DNA from: Bdellovibrionia bacterium
Lineage (GTDB): Bacteria > Bdellovibrionota > UBA1018
DNA length: 37,829 nucleotides
Direction: 5' to 3'
Assembly (NCBI GenBank): GCA_049424145.1
Contig: JBMSSC010000010.1
Span: 1 to 37,829, forward strand
Part shown: piece by piece, positions 27,317 through 36,333 of the stretch
Layout: every line of letters starts with the position of its first letter
Numbering within the stretch: position 1 is the first letter of the stretch
Notes under the pieces: model-generated
Told to the model about the DNA's origin: nothing
The model's database searches: none
The model's input: only the letters and a program-made list of their open reading frames with translations
Program-made: the position numbers and the translations under genes

Positions 27317-28476
27317 GTGGAACTCCGTTTGAACCGAGCCTTCTTAGGAAAAGGGGAGGAAGTGCTTTGAGCCATCAAAAGACGCCAAGCCTCATGAACC
27401 TCCCTTTTTTGCACCTGAGAATCCATCACACACTGCCCAATCCCTCGAAGGAGGACCCATTTGATTCTCTGAGCCTGAGTCTTCTTATCTCTCTGCATGA
27501 GATCCCAATAGGAGGAAAAAGGCACCGACTTGGGTAAAGCAGGAAGCGGCAGGCTCTGGAGAAACTCCAACCAGGGTTGAGCTTGAGCCTCATTCAGATG
27601 TCCTCGAAGAACAGAAAGATGAAGAGCCAAGCGCATCCCGTGTGCGACGGCCTCGCCGTGCCGAAACTTCTGATATCCCGTTTGGGCTTCCAGCGCATGA
27701 GCAAAGGTGTGACCAAAGTTCAACTGCGCTCGAAGGCCTTGGGTTTCTCGTTCGTCTTGAGTCACGACCCAGGCTTTCCACTTCAAACAGGCTTGGATCC
27801 ACCCCATGAGTTTCCCCTGGGCCTGCTTCTCGCCTGCGCATCCTTTTAAAAATTGCTTTTTTTCCCAAGCCGTTCGGAGTTGAAGCGCAAGCGGCGGATC
27901 AAACACCAAAGCGACCTTCAGCATCTCGGCAAATCCTGAGAGCTGATCCCGTGAAAGGAGGCTCATGAGGAAAGCCCCATCGCACACCACCAGGGCGGGC
28001 TGGTGAATGGCACCGATGAGATTTTTACCCAAAGCATGATTCACGCCGGTTTTGCCCCCCAAAGCACTATCGACTTGAGCTAACAGCGTGGTTGGAACCC
28101 CAACCCAACGAATCCCTCTTAAGTAGGTGGCCGCTAAGAAGCCCAGTGTATCGCCAATGACTCCCCCACCTACGGCAATAAGAACCGAGGAGCGATCGAC
28201 GTGATTACGGACCAACTGGGAGAACAAGGGCTCCAATTGATGAAAGTTTTTTAAGTCTTCGGTCACTGTGAGGGTTTTAAAAACCACAGGAATGCCACGG
28301 GCCTTCAAGGCTACATGAATTTCACTTGCTCTTTGCTTCACGCGTTTGTCGGAAACAAGAAATACCTGCGAGCTGTTTGTGGAGCGAATAAATCCCGCGA
28401 TCCGCTCTAAGATACCCACACCGATCCAAACCTCATGGGAGTGCCCACTGGGGAAGGATACAGAAAATCGCTTCAT
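27313..28476 (-). CDS. aroB: 3-dehydroquinate synthase
   Basis: GGGVIGD, PTTLLAQVDSALGGKTGVN, KNLIGA, LNFGHTFAHALE, HGEAV. Start MKRF overlaps the aroK stop (ATGA). Confidence 0.96.
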   Translation of the reverse strand: MKRFSVSFPSGHSHEVWIGVGILERIAGFIRSTNSSQVFLVSDKRVKQRASEIHVALKARGIPVVFKTLTVTEDLKNFHQLEPLFSQLVRNHVDRSSVLIAVGGGVIGDTLGFLAATYLRGIRWVGVPTTLLAQVDSALGGKTGVNHALGKNLIGAIHQPALVVCDGAFLMSLLSRDQLSGFAEMLKVALVFDPPLALQLRTAWEKKQFLKGCAGEKQAQGKLMGWIQACLKWKAWVVTQDERETQGLRAQLNFGHTFAHALEAQTGYQKFRHGEAVAHGMRLALHLSVLRGHLNEAQAQPWLEFLQSLPLPALPKSVPFSSYWDLMQRDKKTQAQRIKWVLLRGIGQCVMDSQVQKREVHEAWRLLMAQSTSSPFPKKARFKRSST

Positions 28477-29030
28477 AGAACTTTCATCTCCTTTCTCAGA
28501 ACTTCCTGGGCAATCCACTCCACCACTTGCTTGGGGGTTTTTCCATCCGTTGGAAGAATCCAATCCGCAGCGCCATACGTGAGTTCGCGTTGCTCCAAAA
28601 GCTGTTTAAATGCCTCGAATCCGTTTTGTGCCCAAGGCCGAATCGGTGCCTGGGGCTGGGCCTGGATACGCTCCCAGAGAACCCCTGGCTGGGCTTTCAG
28701 ATACACCAATCGACCGAGGGATTGAATACGCGCAAGGTTCCCAGGACGAACTAAGGATCCCCCACCGAGTGCAATAAAGACCGCCGATTGCTGATCCAAA
28801 TCGCGTAAGACTTGGCTTTCGGATTGACGAAAAACCTCCTCCCCAAAGCGCTCAAACACCTGAGCAACTGGGATTCCCATGATCTGCTCAATCCGACGAT
28901 CCGTATCCAACCAGGGAAGCTGAAAGTGGGTGCTGAGAAGCTGAGCCACTGTGGACTTTCCTGCTCCCATGAACCCGGTGAAAAACAGACGAAACGAAGG
29001 GCCACTCAACTGGGGTGCCTGTGTTTCCAT
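28473..29030 (-). CDS. aroK: Shikimate kinase
   Basis: GFMGAGKSTV, DTD, GEEVFRQSE, ALGGG, RP. Start set at METQ. Confidence 0.94.
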   Translation of the reverse strand: METQAPQLSGPSFRLFFTGFMGAGKSTVAQLLSTHFQLPWLDTDRRIEQIMGIPVAQVFERFGEEVFRQSESQVLRDLDQQSAVFIALGGGSLVRPGNLARIQSLGRLVYLKAQPGVLWERIQAQPQAPIRPWAQNGFEAFKQLLEQRELTYGAADWILPTDGKTPKQVVEWIAQEVLRKEMKVL

Positions 29031-30283
29031 TGCTCCACACGACTTTTGACTTCCGATAGAGAATCGCCTCCGAACTTTTCTAAGATGGACTGACTCAAGA
29101 CCAAAGCCAGGAGGGACTCCCCAATAACGGAGGCTGCGGGCACGGCACACACATCGGAGCGCTCCACATGAGCTTTCTCTGGCTCTCCGGTGGTCAAATC
29201 CACTGACGCCAACGGCTTCATGAGTGTCGAAAGGGGTTTCATGGCGGCTCGAACCATTAAGACCTGACCTGTGGACATTCCGCCATCAATCCCTCCGGAT
29301 CGATTGGTTTTTGAGCAGAGAACCGGAGCTCGGGGTGCACCGGAATGGGGATGGCCTCTGGACGACTCAGCGCCCCCTTGAAAAAACTCATCATGAACTT
29401 CAGAACCCATCCTCCGGGCCGCTTCAAAGCCTAAACCCACTTCAACGCCCTTGATGGCGTTTAAGCTCAGAAACGCGCGACCAATCTCAGCCTCAAGCCT
29501 TCGATCCCACTGCACGTAGCTCCCCAGACCCATCGGTAGTCCACTGGCTTGAACCTCAAATTCACCGCCCACGGTATCTCCCTGAAGTTGGGCTTGATCA
29601 ATGAGCGCCATCATTTCTTTTTCAGCCTGCGGATTTAAGCACCGCACGGGCGAGGCATCGGCTTTTTGATTCAGGTCCGAAACGGAAATCCCTGACTCGG
29701 TTGAGTCAAAAGCAGAGCCTAAGCGCACCACACGGCTTCCCAGTTCAATCCCCAAGGCCTTCAAAAAATGACGAGCCACGGCGCCCAAAGCAACTCTCAT
29801 GGCCGTTTCTCGAGCACTGGAGCGCTCCAACACGTTACGCAGATCGGAGTGGGCGTACTTGACGCCCCCAACCCAATCGGCGTGTCCGGGACGAGGGACA
29901 TAGACGATGCGTTTTTTTTTAAGATCATGAGAGGGGGCCAAAGGGTCGAGTGGTTCAGCGTCGTTTTTGGAGTCCTGGGATCCCTCAGGCTCCACTTGCA
30001 TGATGGACTTCCACGACTCCCAATCCAGATTCCACATGAGCAAGCAGATGGGGCTTCCCAGAGTCAAGCCATGACGCACGCCCGAGAGAATCTGCACCTC
30101 ATCGGTCTCAATCTTTTGACGTGCCCCTCGACCGTATCCCAATTTTCTTCGCTTCAGCTCCTGATGAAGGTCGTGTGCGCTCAGGGGTAAGCCCGCAGGG
30201 AGACCTTCTAAGATTCCCACTAAGGCTTTTCCATGTGACTCACCGGCAGTTAAAAAACGAAGGGAACCCATACCATCTCTCAT
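29006..30283 (-). CDS. aroC: Chorismate synthase
   Basis: TAGESHG, PRPGHAD, ERSSARETA, NRSGGIDGGMS, MKPLSTL, ERSDVCAVP. Confidence 0.97.
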   Translation of the reverse strand: MRDGMGSLRFLTAGESHGKALVGILEGLPAGLPLSAHDLHQELKRRKLGYGRGARQKIETDEVQILSGVRHGLTLGSPICLLMWNLDWESWKSIMQVEPEGSQDSKNDAEPLDPLAPSHDLKKKRIVYVPRPGHADWVGGVKYAHSDLRNVLERSSARETAMRVALGAVARHFLKALGIELGSRVVRLGSAFDSTESGISVSDLNQKADASPVRCLNPQAEKEMMALIDQAQLQGDTVGGEFEVQASGLPMGLGSYVQWDRRLEAEIGRAFLSLNAIKGVEVGLGFEAARRMGSEVHDEFFQGGAESSRGHPHSGAPRAPVLCSKTNRSGGIDGGMSTGQVLMVRAAMKPLSTLMKPLASVDLTTGEPEKAHVERSDVCAVPAASVIGESLLALVLSQSILEKFGGDSLSEVKSRVEQWKHRHPS

Positions 30284-30316
30284 TTTGAGATCAAGGTCCG
30301 GATGCGGAGTGAGGAC

Positions 30317-31243
30317 TCAACCTCTGAACCTTGAACTGTTTGGTTTTTTTGAGGAAGCCATGAGCTTCTGCAAATGAAGTTTTAAGCTGGCTTTAATTTT
30401 TTTTGGCTGAGCAATCCTCTGGCCCATCCAAATCTCCCAAGCCGCCATGGCTTGCCAAAGGAGCATATCCAATCCTCCGAGGGTCTTCAACCCTTCTTGG
30501 GCGGCAAGGGTCAAAAAGGGCGTCTTCTCGGGACGATAGATTAGATCCAAGGCAAGGGCTCCGGGGGATTTCCCCGAAAAAAGCGGTTGCTCAAAGGTTT
30601 GATCCGAAAACCCCTGCATCCCCACAGGGGTGGCGTTGACAAAGAGACTCACCCGAGGAACCCCTGCTCCTTTGGAGAGGGACGGGGACCAAGCAATCGC
30701 CTTCAACTCGGAGCCTGCCCAGAAGCGCGTCTTGGGAAATGAGGAGGACAGTTGATGAGCCGCCCGTTTAGCCCGAGTGATGCTTCGATTGATGAAGGCC
30801 ACCTCCCGAGCTCCGTACTTTCCTAACACGGCACCCACGGCCAACGCCGCCCCCCCGGCTCCATAAATCACTGCCCGAGCCCCTGAGAACCGAAAACCCG
30901 CCTCTTGCAGACTTTTTTTGACCCCAAGTGCATCCGTATTGAATCCTATGAGCCGTCCTTTTTTCCAACTCACGCAATTGACTGCACCGATGGCTTGAGC
31001 TTCCGGGGAGAGCTCCTCAACCCAATTCATGACCTTCTCTTTGTGGGGAATGGTCACACTCCAGCCGACCCACATCTGAAACTGCTTTTGGAGAGCAAAA
31101 AAGGATCGAAGCTTTTCTGGGGGCACATCGAGCTTTTGATAATGCAAAGGCCGATGAAGTTGGACCGAAAGCCAGCGAAAAATCTCAGGCGACAAAGAGT
31201 GGCTGACGGGATGACCAATCAGCCCCGCAGATAAAGGCTCCAT
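30317..31243 (-). CDS. aroE: Shikimate dehydrogenase
   Basis: GHPVSHSLSP, VTIPHKE, GAVN, NTD, GAGGAA, NATPVGM, DLIY, GLDMLLWQA. Confidence 0.95.
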   Translation of the reverse strand: MEPLSAGLIGHPVSHSLSPEIFRWLSVQLHRPLHYQKLDVPPEKLRSFFALQKQFQMWVGWSVTIPHKEKVMNWVEELSPEAQAIGAVNCVSWKKGRLIGFNTDALGVKKSLQEAGFRFSGARAVIYGAGGAALAVGAVLGKYGAREVAFINRSITRAKRAAHQLSSSFPKTRFWAGSELKAIAWSPSLSKGAGVPRVSLFVNATPVGMQGFSDQTFEQPLFSGKSPGALALDLIYRPEKTPFLTLAAQEGLKTLGGLDMLLWQAMAAWEIWMGQRIAQPKKIKASLKLHLQKLMASSKKPNSSRFRG

Positions 31244-31268
31244 CCTGATTTCCTAAACTCCTTGGAGA

Positions 31269-31904
31269 TTAAAATCCAAACATGAGACCCGCCCAGACAT
31301 CCACATTTCTGGCATACTGAGAGGCACTTCCTGCACTTAGGTTTGCCAGTCCGTACTTATAAAACACATCAAACCGGAGTCGCAACAAGGGCAGTAACGG
31401 AAGCCTGATGCCGCCCCCAAACATGAGCCCGTAGTCATTATTTCGAACATAAGCGCCCCCTAAGGATGCTGCCTGAAGTTCAGTGGGAATAACCCCCGAG
31501 GCGCTGATTGAGCTTGAGATTCCGTAGTAAGGACCTGCGGCTAAGGATACAAAAGACACGGGCGTAAAGCGCAAAAGAAGGGGGATCTCCAGATAATTGT
31601 AGTTCACCGTGACAGCCGATGAGAGGGAGGTCGCCGAAAACGGGTGATTCACGAGAACTGCTCCCGTCTCCAAGGAGAAAAACGGAGCCAGATCAAACCC
31701 TAAAGTTGCCCCTCCCCCAAATCCGACTCCGCCGGCACTTGCCGCCAGCTGGGGAGTCACACTGTAATTTGATGAGCTGACCGCACCCAACACTGAGAAG
31801 TCCAAGGCATAAGAGGGAGCACTCACTCCCGTTAAGAACAGCGTGGGAATAAAAAAGGCAAAAAACTGAGACTTCAACTGAGACCAAGGGGTGGTGCGTT
31901 TCAT
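31269..31904 (-). CDS. Small outer-membrane beta-barrel protein
   Basis: Signal ending SYA, NYLEIPLLLRF, AGPYYG, DYGLMFGGG, C-terminal Phe. Confidence 0.85.
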   Translation of the reverse strand: MKRTTPWSQLKSQFFAFFIPTLFLTGVSAPSYALDFSVLGAVSSSNYSVTPQLAASAGGVGFGGGATLGFDLAPFFSLETGAVLVNHPFSATSLSSAVTVNYNYLEIPLLLRFTPVSFVSLAAGPYYGISSSISASGVIPTELQAASLGGAYVRNNDYGLMFGGGIRLPLLPLLRLRFDVFYKYGLANLSAGSASQYARNVDVWAGLMFGF

Positions 31905-32000
31905 TTTCCATGCTCCTTTTTTTATATTTAAGCGGATCAGAATTTAATTTTTTGCTTCTTCATTCTAAGATCGTCTTGAGATTCAAAGAGTAACCCATCT

Positions 32001-33149
32001 TCAGACGGAAAAAAACCGGAGAATCTCTTCTTTTCTTGCCGAGACGTCTTGAAGCCCCAAATCAATTAAAAGACGACAATAGGTCTGATCAAATGCCAAA
32101 TAGCTCAGAAGATCCCAGCCCTTTAGATCCGAAGCGCCGATGCCTCTCATCAGGTAGCGGAGCGTGAGGGGAAATCGGTGGAACTGTTCTGAGGCCAGGG
32201 TTCCTAAATCCTGACTCGGGCGAATCATGAGAGTCGGAATCACTCTTAATGGATAGGGATGAACAGCTCGGGCTTGAGGACTTAATAAGGAGACGGTCTG
32301 ATTGATTCTTTGAAGTCGCTCCAAATCCGCATCTAAATGATCCAACAGCGCCGCATTTAACATGGCCCCTGCAATATCGGCCAAACAGATCTGATGCATT
32401 TCTCGGGTTTGATTCTCCTCCCAGGTGAGCTGATCGGAGAGGGCGGAACGGATTCCAATGGCGACAATTCGATCCGCACCGAGACGAATGGCAGGACTAA
32501 GGGGAGTCAGAAGGCGAATTCCTCCATCTCCATAATAGGTATGACCGATGCGAACCGGAGCAAAGAGGACGGGAATGGAAGCGGAGGCCATGATGTGAGC
32601 TAAGGTGAGTTTCGTTCGCTGCCCCAGGCGCGAGCTTCTCACCCAGGGTAAAAGTCCCGCTGCGCCTTCAAAAAAGCTAATTCCTGTACCCGTTCGATAG
32701 TTCAAAACAGACACCGCCAGGGCTTTTAAAACTCCTTTTTCGATGAATTTCGTGATCTCGGAAAAACGAATCTGAGATTCCAGGAGGCGATAAAGTGGGG
32801 AGGCATCGAGTAAAAAGGTGGATCGACTATTACCCAGGACTCCCCCTAAAGAGAGATCCCTGAGCCACCGCACCCCAATTTTCCCCAAAGTCGTCCAATG
32901 AGTTTGAACGACCTGCTCGATGGTGAGCTTGCTCCAGAGCTCACAAAGCTCATGGGAGGCATCGCGCAGTTCAGTGGCATAGGATGCCAAGTAGGCTGAG
33001 TTAATCGCACCCGCGGATACTCCCGAGATGACTGAAAAAGACAGTTTTATTCCACGGGAGCTTAAGACTTGAGCCAGGCCTTTTAAGACCCCTGCCTGAT
33101 AGGCCGCTCTTGCACCTCCACCGCTCAAAACAAGGCCGTAGTGAATCAT
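32001..33149 (-). CDS. Patatin-like phospholipase
   Basis: SGGGARAAYQAG, GVSAG (catalytic Ser), ASASIP, DGG. Confidence 0.93.
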   Translation of the reverse strand: MIHYGLVLSGGGARAAYQAGVLKGLAQVLSSRGIKLSFSVISGVSAGAINSAYLASYATELRDASHELCELWSKLTIEQVVQTHWTTLGKIGVRWLRDLSLGGVLGNSRSTFLLDASPLYRLLESQIRFSEITKFIEKGVLKALAVSVLNYRTGTGISFFEGAAGLLPWVRSSRLGQRTKLTLAHIMASASIPVLFAPVRIGHTYYGDGGIRLLTPLSPAIRLGADRIVAIGIRSALSDQLTWEENQTREMHQICLADIAGAMLNAALLDHLDADLERLQRINQTVSLLSPQARAVHPYPLRVIPTLMIRPSQDLGTLASEQFHRFPLTLRYLMRGIGASDLKGWDLLSYLAFDQTYCRLLIDLGLQDVSARKEEILRFFSV

Positions 33150-33292
33150 GGATCGAGTTCCTTCCCACCTCTCCCTCTTGCAACTTCTCCTCTTCTCGGT
33201 CAGGGTAGTTCAAACGGAACGAAAGCACCGCTGTGCTTCTTCCTCCTGCCTTGTGTAGGAAACTTTTATCCACTGAAAGGAAGCCACTTCAT

Positions 33293-33829
33293 ATGTCCAT
33301 TGGATCCATGCACCCCGGGAACTCTCGACTCACAAGAACTCTTGTTTTAGGCTTAGCTCTGCTAGGTCTTGCGCTCAAGCCTGGGGATCAAGCTCCTGAG
33401 TTCACAGCGCTCAACCAGAATGAAACCCCCGTGACCCTCTCCTCGTTTCGGGGAAGTCCAGTCATTCTTTTCTTCTACCCTAAGGATCAAACCCCCGGAT
33501 GCACCCAAGAGGCTTGCCATTTTCGTGATGAATATTTGAAGTTTAAAAAGAAGGGCGCCGTTATTTTAGGCGTGTCCGTTCAAGACTCCAAGGAGCATCA
33601 AAAGTTTCGGGAAAAGCACCGACTGCCCTTTGACTTACTTGTAGACTCTCAAGGATCAGTTGCAGATCAGTTTGGTGTGGGGAGAATTCCCCTGCTGGGC
33701 CTTTTACAGCGAAAAACCGTTCTCATCAGTGCAGAAGGGAAAATCGTTCGTGTGTACGAGAGTGTGAATCCTGAAACACATGCTCAAGAGGTCCTGAAAG
33801 ACCTTGAAAGCCTGAGTCCAAAAAAATAG
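33293..33829 (+). CDS. bcp: Peroxiredoxin, Bcp/PrxQ family, with hydrophobic leader
   Basis: FYPKDQTPGCTQEAC, GVSVQD, LPFDLLVD, RKTVLI. Start uncertain (33293 or 33308). Confidence 0.9.
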   Translation: MSIGSMHPGNSRLTRTLVLGLALLGLALKPGDQAPEFTALNQNETPVTLSSFRGSPVILFFYPKDQTPGCTQEACHFRDEYLKFKKKGAVILGVSVQDSKEHQKFREKHRLPFDLLVDSQGSVADQFGVGRIPLLGLLQRKTVLISAEGKIVRVYESVNPETHAQEVLKDLESLSPKK

Positions 33830-33849
33830 CGTCACAAAAGAGAAAGCAG

Positions 33850-33894
33850 GGATCAACGGGGAAGCGGAAGACAATCCCTCTTCCCCGTTGATCC
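33850..33894. terminator. Probable terminator between convergent bcp and GQKA genes
   Basis: Perfect 15-bp inverted repeat GGATCAACGGGGAAG/CTTCCCCGTTGATCC; T-rich tail on the minus strand. Confidence 0.75.
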
Positions 33895-34013
33895 GGCTGA
33901 TTCAGAGTCCCAGAATTTCAGACTTTCATGAAAAAACAAATTTCATGGGTCAATCCAACTTCAGCACCTCGAGCGAAAGACCAGTTAAAACCCACAGAGC
34001 CTGAAGCGACCTG

Positions 34014-34406
34014 CTAGATGACCATCTTCTGAGAGGCCTTCTGACCGGCTTGGCCTGCTTTCTGGCCCGCTTGTCCTGCCTTTTGACCAGCCTGCCCAGC
34101 CTTCTGGCCCGCTTGGCCTGCTTTCTGGCCGGCTAGACCTTTCTGAGTGGATTTCTGGGTTGAAATTCCACTTTTTTGGCCGGCTTGGCCTGCTTTCTGG
34201 CCTGGAAGACTCAGCTTCTGACCGGCTTGTCCTGCTTTCTGGCTCACTTTTTGAGTTGCTTTTTGGCCGGCCTGCCCAGCCTTTTGTCCTGCTTTTCCAA
34301 CAGGAACTGAGGCACCAAACATTTCAGCGGCAAACGCAGGAACTGCTCCGCTCAAAGCCAATGCCACTGCTCCAGTAATCAATGAAGACGCAATAGAACG
34401 TTTCAT
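34014..34406 (-). CDS. Secreted low-complexity (GQKAGQA)n repeat protein
   Basis: SD AAGGAG; Sec signal ending PAFA; 15 QK dipeptides; repeat codons synonymously varied. Confidence 0.88.
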   Translation of the reverse strand: MKRSIASSLITGAVALALSGAVPAFAAEMFGASVPVGKAGQKAGQAGQKATQKVSQKAGQAGQKLSLPGQKAGQAGQKSGISTQKSTQKGLAGQKAGQAGQKAGQAGQKAGQAGQKAGQAGQKASQKMVI

Positions 34407-34456
34407 TATCCGATCTCCTTCAAAAGGGTTATTGTGTGTTTGTCAAAACCCAATTT

Positions 34457-34472
34457 TGCAACCCCAATGCCA
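34457..34472 (-). promoter_or_regulatory. Sigma54 (-24/-12) promoter
   Basis: TGGCATTGGGGTTGCA (GG-N10-GC) about 50 nt upstream of the start; AT-rich tract 34476-34510 just upstream. Confidence 0.7.
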
Positions 34473-34984
34473 GTGGATTTTATTTTTTATATAGTTTTAT
34501 TTAACTTATTCAGAACCCACTCCACTCAAGACCACCTCTGAAGAGGTACTCAGAGGCCAAACGAGGGACCTCCAAGGAACTCAAGCTTGGCTCGAAGCCC
34601 ACTGCACAACCTCATCGTTCTTAAATCTCAAATAGACCAATGGGAGCTCACCCAGTCCCGGGTTTGCTTTTTTAATAGCTGAGCACTGCAAGGCTGTCTC
34701 TGGCGCTCATCGGATGGGCTCTCAGCGGAGAGGACCTGGATTCAAAAAATCCTGCCGGTCGATCGGCTGATTGAAGCAGAGGACCTGATCCTGCAGGATT
34801 GATGTCATTGACATGGACCGGAGGTGAGACATAAGCGAAAAAAACTCACTCAGATTCAGGGAGGGGAGATATGCAATGCGACTCAACCTTCCTTAAACAG
34901 GCCCTCTCTCGTGAGCTGCCCTTCGGGGTTTTCCATCCCGCATCTCAGGAGGAGGATTTAGGCTTCTTGCTCTTCAGGATTCCG

Positions 34985-35650
34985 TTACAGGGGCACTTCG
35001 TTTTTCAGGATTCTTAAAACATCTTGGGGTTCATAGGCCCAGTGGTCGGGATGGTAAGCCTGAAGCGTCTTTTTTTCTGCAATCCAGTCCCAAAGGGCTG
35101 CAACACTGGGGCTTCCTGCACCCTGAGCAGCCAGGACATCCACAGAGGAGTCCCCGATAAAAAGCACCTCCTGCGGCTGCAAATTCATTCGAGTGAGGGC
35201 AAGCTGAAGTCCTTCAGGGGAAGGCTTGGGAGCCGACACATGCTCATGGGCAATGATGGTGACAAATCGATCCAATAGGCCATGGTGACGAAGAATGATT
35301 TCTGTCGTCTCCCAGCCTCGCCCCGTAAAAATCGACAGGGGTACGTCCAGGGATCTTAACTGTTCCAGGAGCTCTCCGACGCCGGCATGAAGGGGAACAC
35401 GAGATAAGTTTTGATCCAAATACTCTTTAGCCAACTGATAGGCTTGTGCGGCATGCTCAGACCCCACCAGCTTCTCAAAAATCTGCAGTTCTCCCAGGCC
35501 AAAGTGCGCCATGATTTGCTCGGGAGTTCTCTTGGGACTACCCAGCGTCTCAAATGCATGATTAAACGCATGAAACGTGGTGGCTAACGAATCGACTAGA
35601 GTCCCATCTAAATCAAACACAATGCCTTTGAGCTGAGTTTTGCGGTGCAT
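34985..35650 (-). CDS. HAD-family phosphatase (Gph/PpaX-like)
   Basis: FDLDGTLVDS, IFTG, KPSP, FIGDSSVD. Start set at MHRK. Confidence 0.92.
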   Translation of the reverse strand: MHRKTQLKGIVFDLDGTLVDSLATTFHAFNHAFETLGSPKRTPEQIMAHFGLGELQIFEKLVGSEHAAQAYQLAKEYLDQNLSRVPLHAGVGELLEQLRSLDVPLSIFTGRGWETTEIILRHHGLLDRFVTIIAHEHVSAPKPSPEGLQLALTRMNLQPQEVLFIGDSSVDVLAAQGAGSPSVAALWDWIAEKKTLQAYHPDHWAYEPQDVLRILKNEVPL

Positions 35651-35735
35651 GGGAGACGCGTAGCATGATCCTAAGCGGTTCTCCAGTGAATTAGACGCGC
35701 TTTGCACTGGGTGGCGCCTGCAAGACAAGTCAGTC

Positions 35736-35978
35736 TCAGACACCTGTTTGCTTGACTGACTCAAAGTGCGCCTTCAAAATCCCTTTTGCCTGATGCTGAG
35801 CCTGATTCGCGAGTTGATCCATGTTTTTTGTCGAAAAACTCTTCACCGCTCGGTTCAAGTCAAGTTGAGTCACCCAGTGCTGGGTGAACATCAGATGCCG
35901 ATTGTAAGTGTAAGCGATCCCCTCGAGCTTTCCAAGGTTTGAGTACAAGGCAAGTTTTAGACTTCTTGTGACCAACAT
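35736..35978 (-). pseudogene. Probable N-terminal remnant of a TnpB-like protein
   Basis: MLVTRSLKLALYSNLGKL...YNR resembles TnpB N-termini; ends after 80 aa with no RuvC or Zn finger; an IS605-like end hairpin lies upstream. Confidence 0.45.
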
Positions 35979-36034
35979 CAGGCCCCGGATACCTGAATAT
36001 CACGTAAGAACTAAGGAATGAGGAGCGTCCCTCC

Positions 36035-36074
36035 GCAGTCCATCCCTGGCCTGCTCAAACACGGGTTCCTCTGC
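36035..36074 (-). mobile_element. Degenerate IS200/IS605-type end hairpin upstream of the tnpB remnant
   Basis: Minus strand GCAG-AGGAACCC-GTGTTTGAGCAGGCCA-GGG-ATGGA-CTGC echoes the GAAgCCC...GGG-aGga end pattern, with an imperfect inner stem. Confidence 0.35.
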
Positions 36075-36333
36075 TGCATATCCGTCACCCTGCGGCCGCC
36101 GCATGACAACAAGTTCCTTCAGGACTTGGCTGCTGACGCCCTGCCTACCTGCACCGTCAAAACACCGTGCGTTTTGACTGGGCTGATTGGATCAACCCGC
36201 TCGACCCCTTCCAATTCATTCATTGCAAGCCCTGCGAGGTTCATCCCCCGTAAGTGGGCCATGAGGCCTCCTCCAAAGGCAATTTGACCGGATATCCTTC
36301 AACCAGCGGATGCAGGGACTAAGCCAAAATGCC

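Noticed and set aside
34030..34300. CRISPR-like or non-coding 21-bp repeats
   Set aside because: No spacers; variation is at third codon positions, so this is a protein repeat.
34700..34960. c-di-GMP or other riboswitch in the long gap upstream of the GQKA gene
   Set aside because: Some palindromes (ATGTCA-T-TGACAT, AATCCTGC...GCAGGATT) but no recognisable aptamer, and it lies upstream of the sigma54 site.
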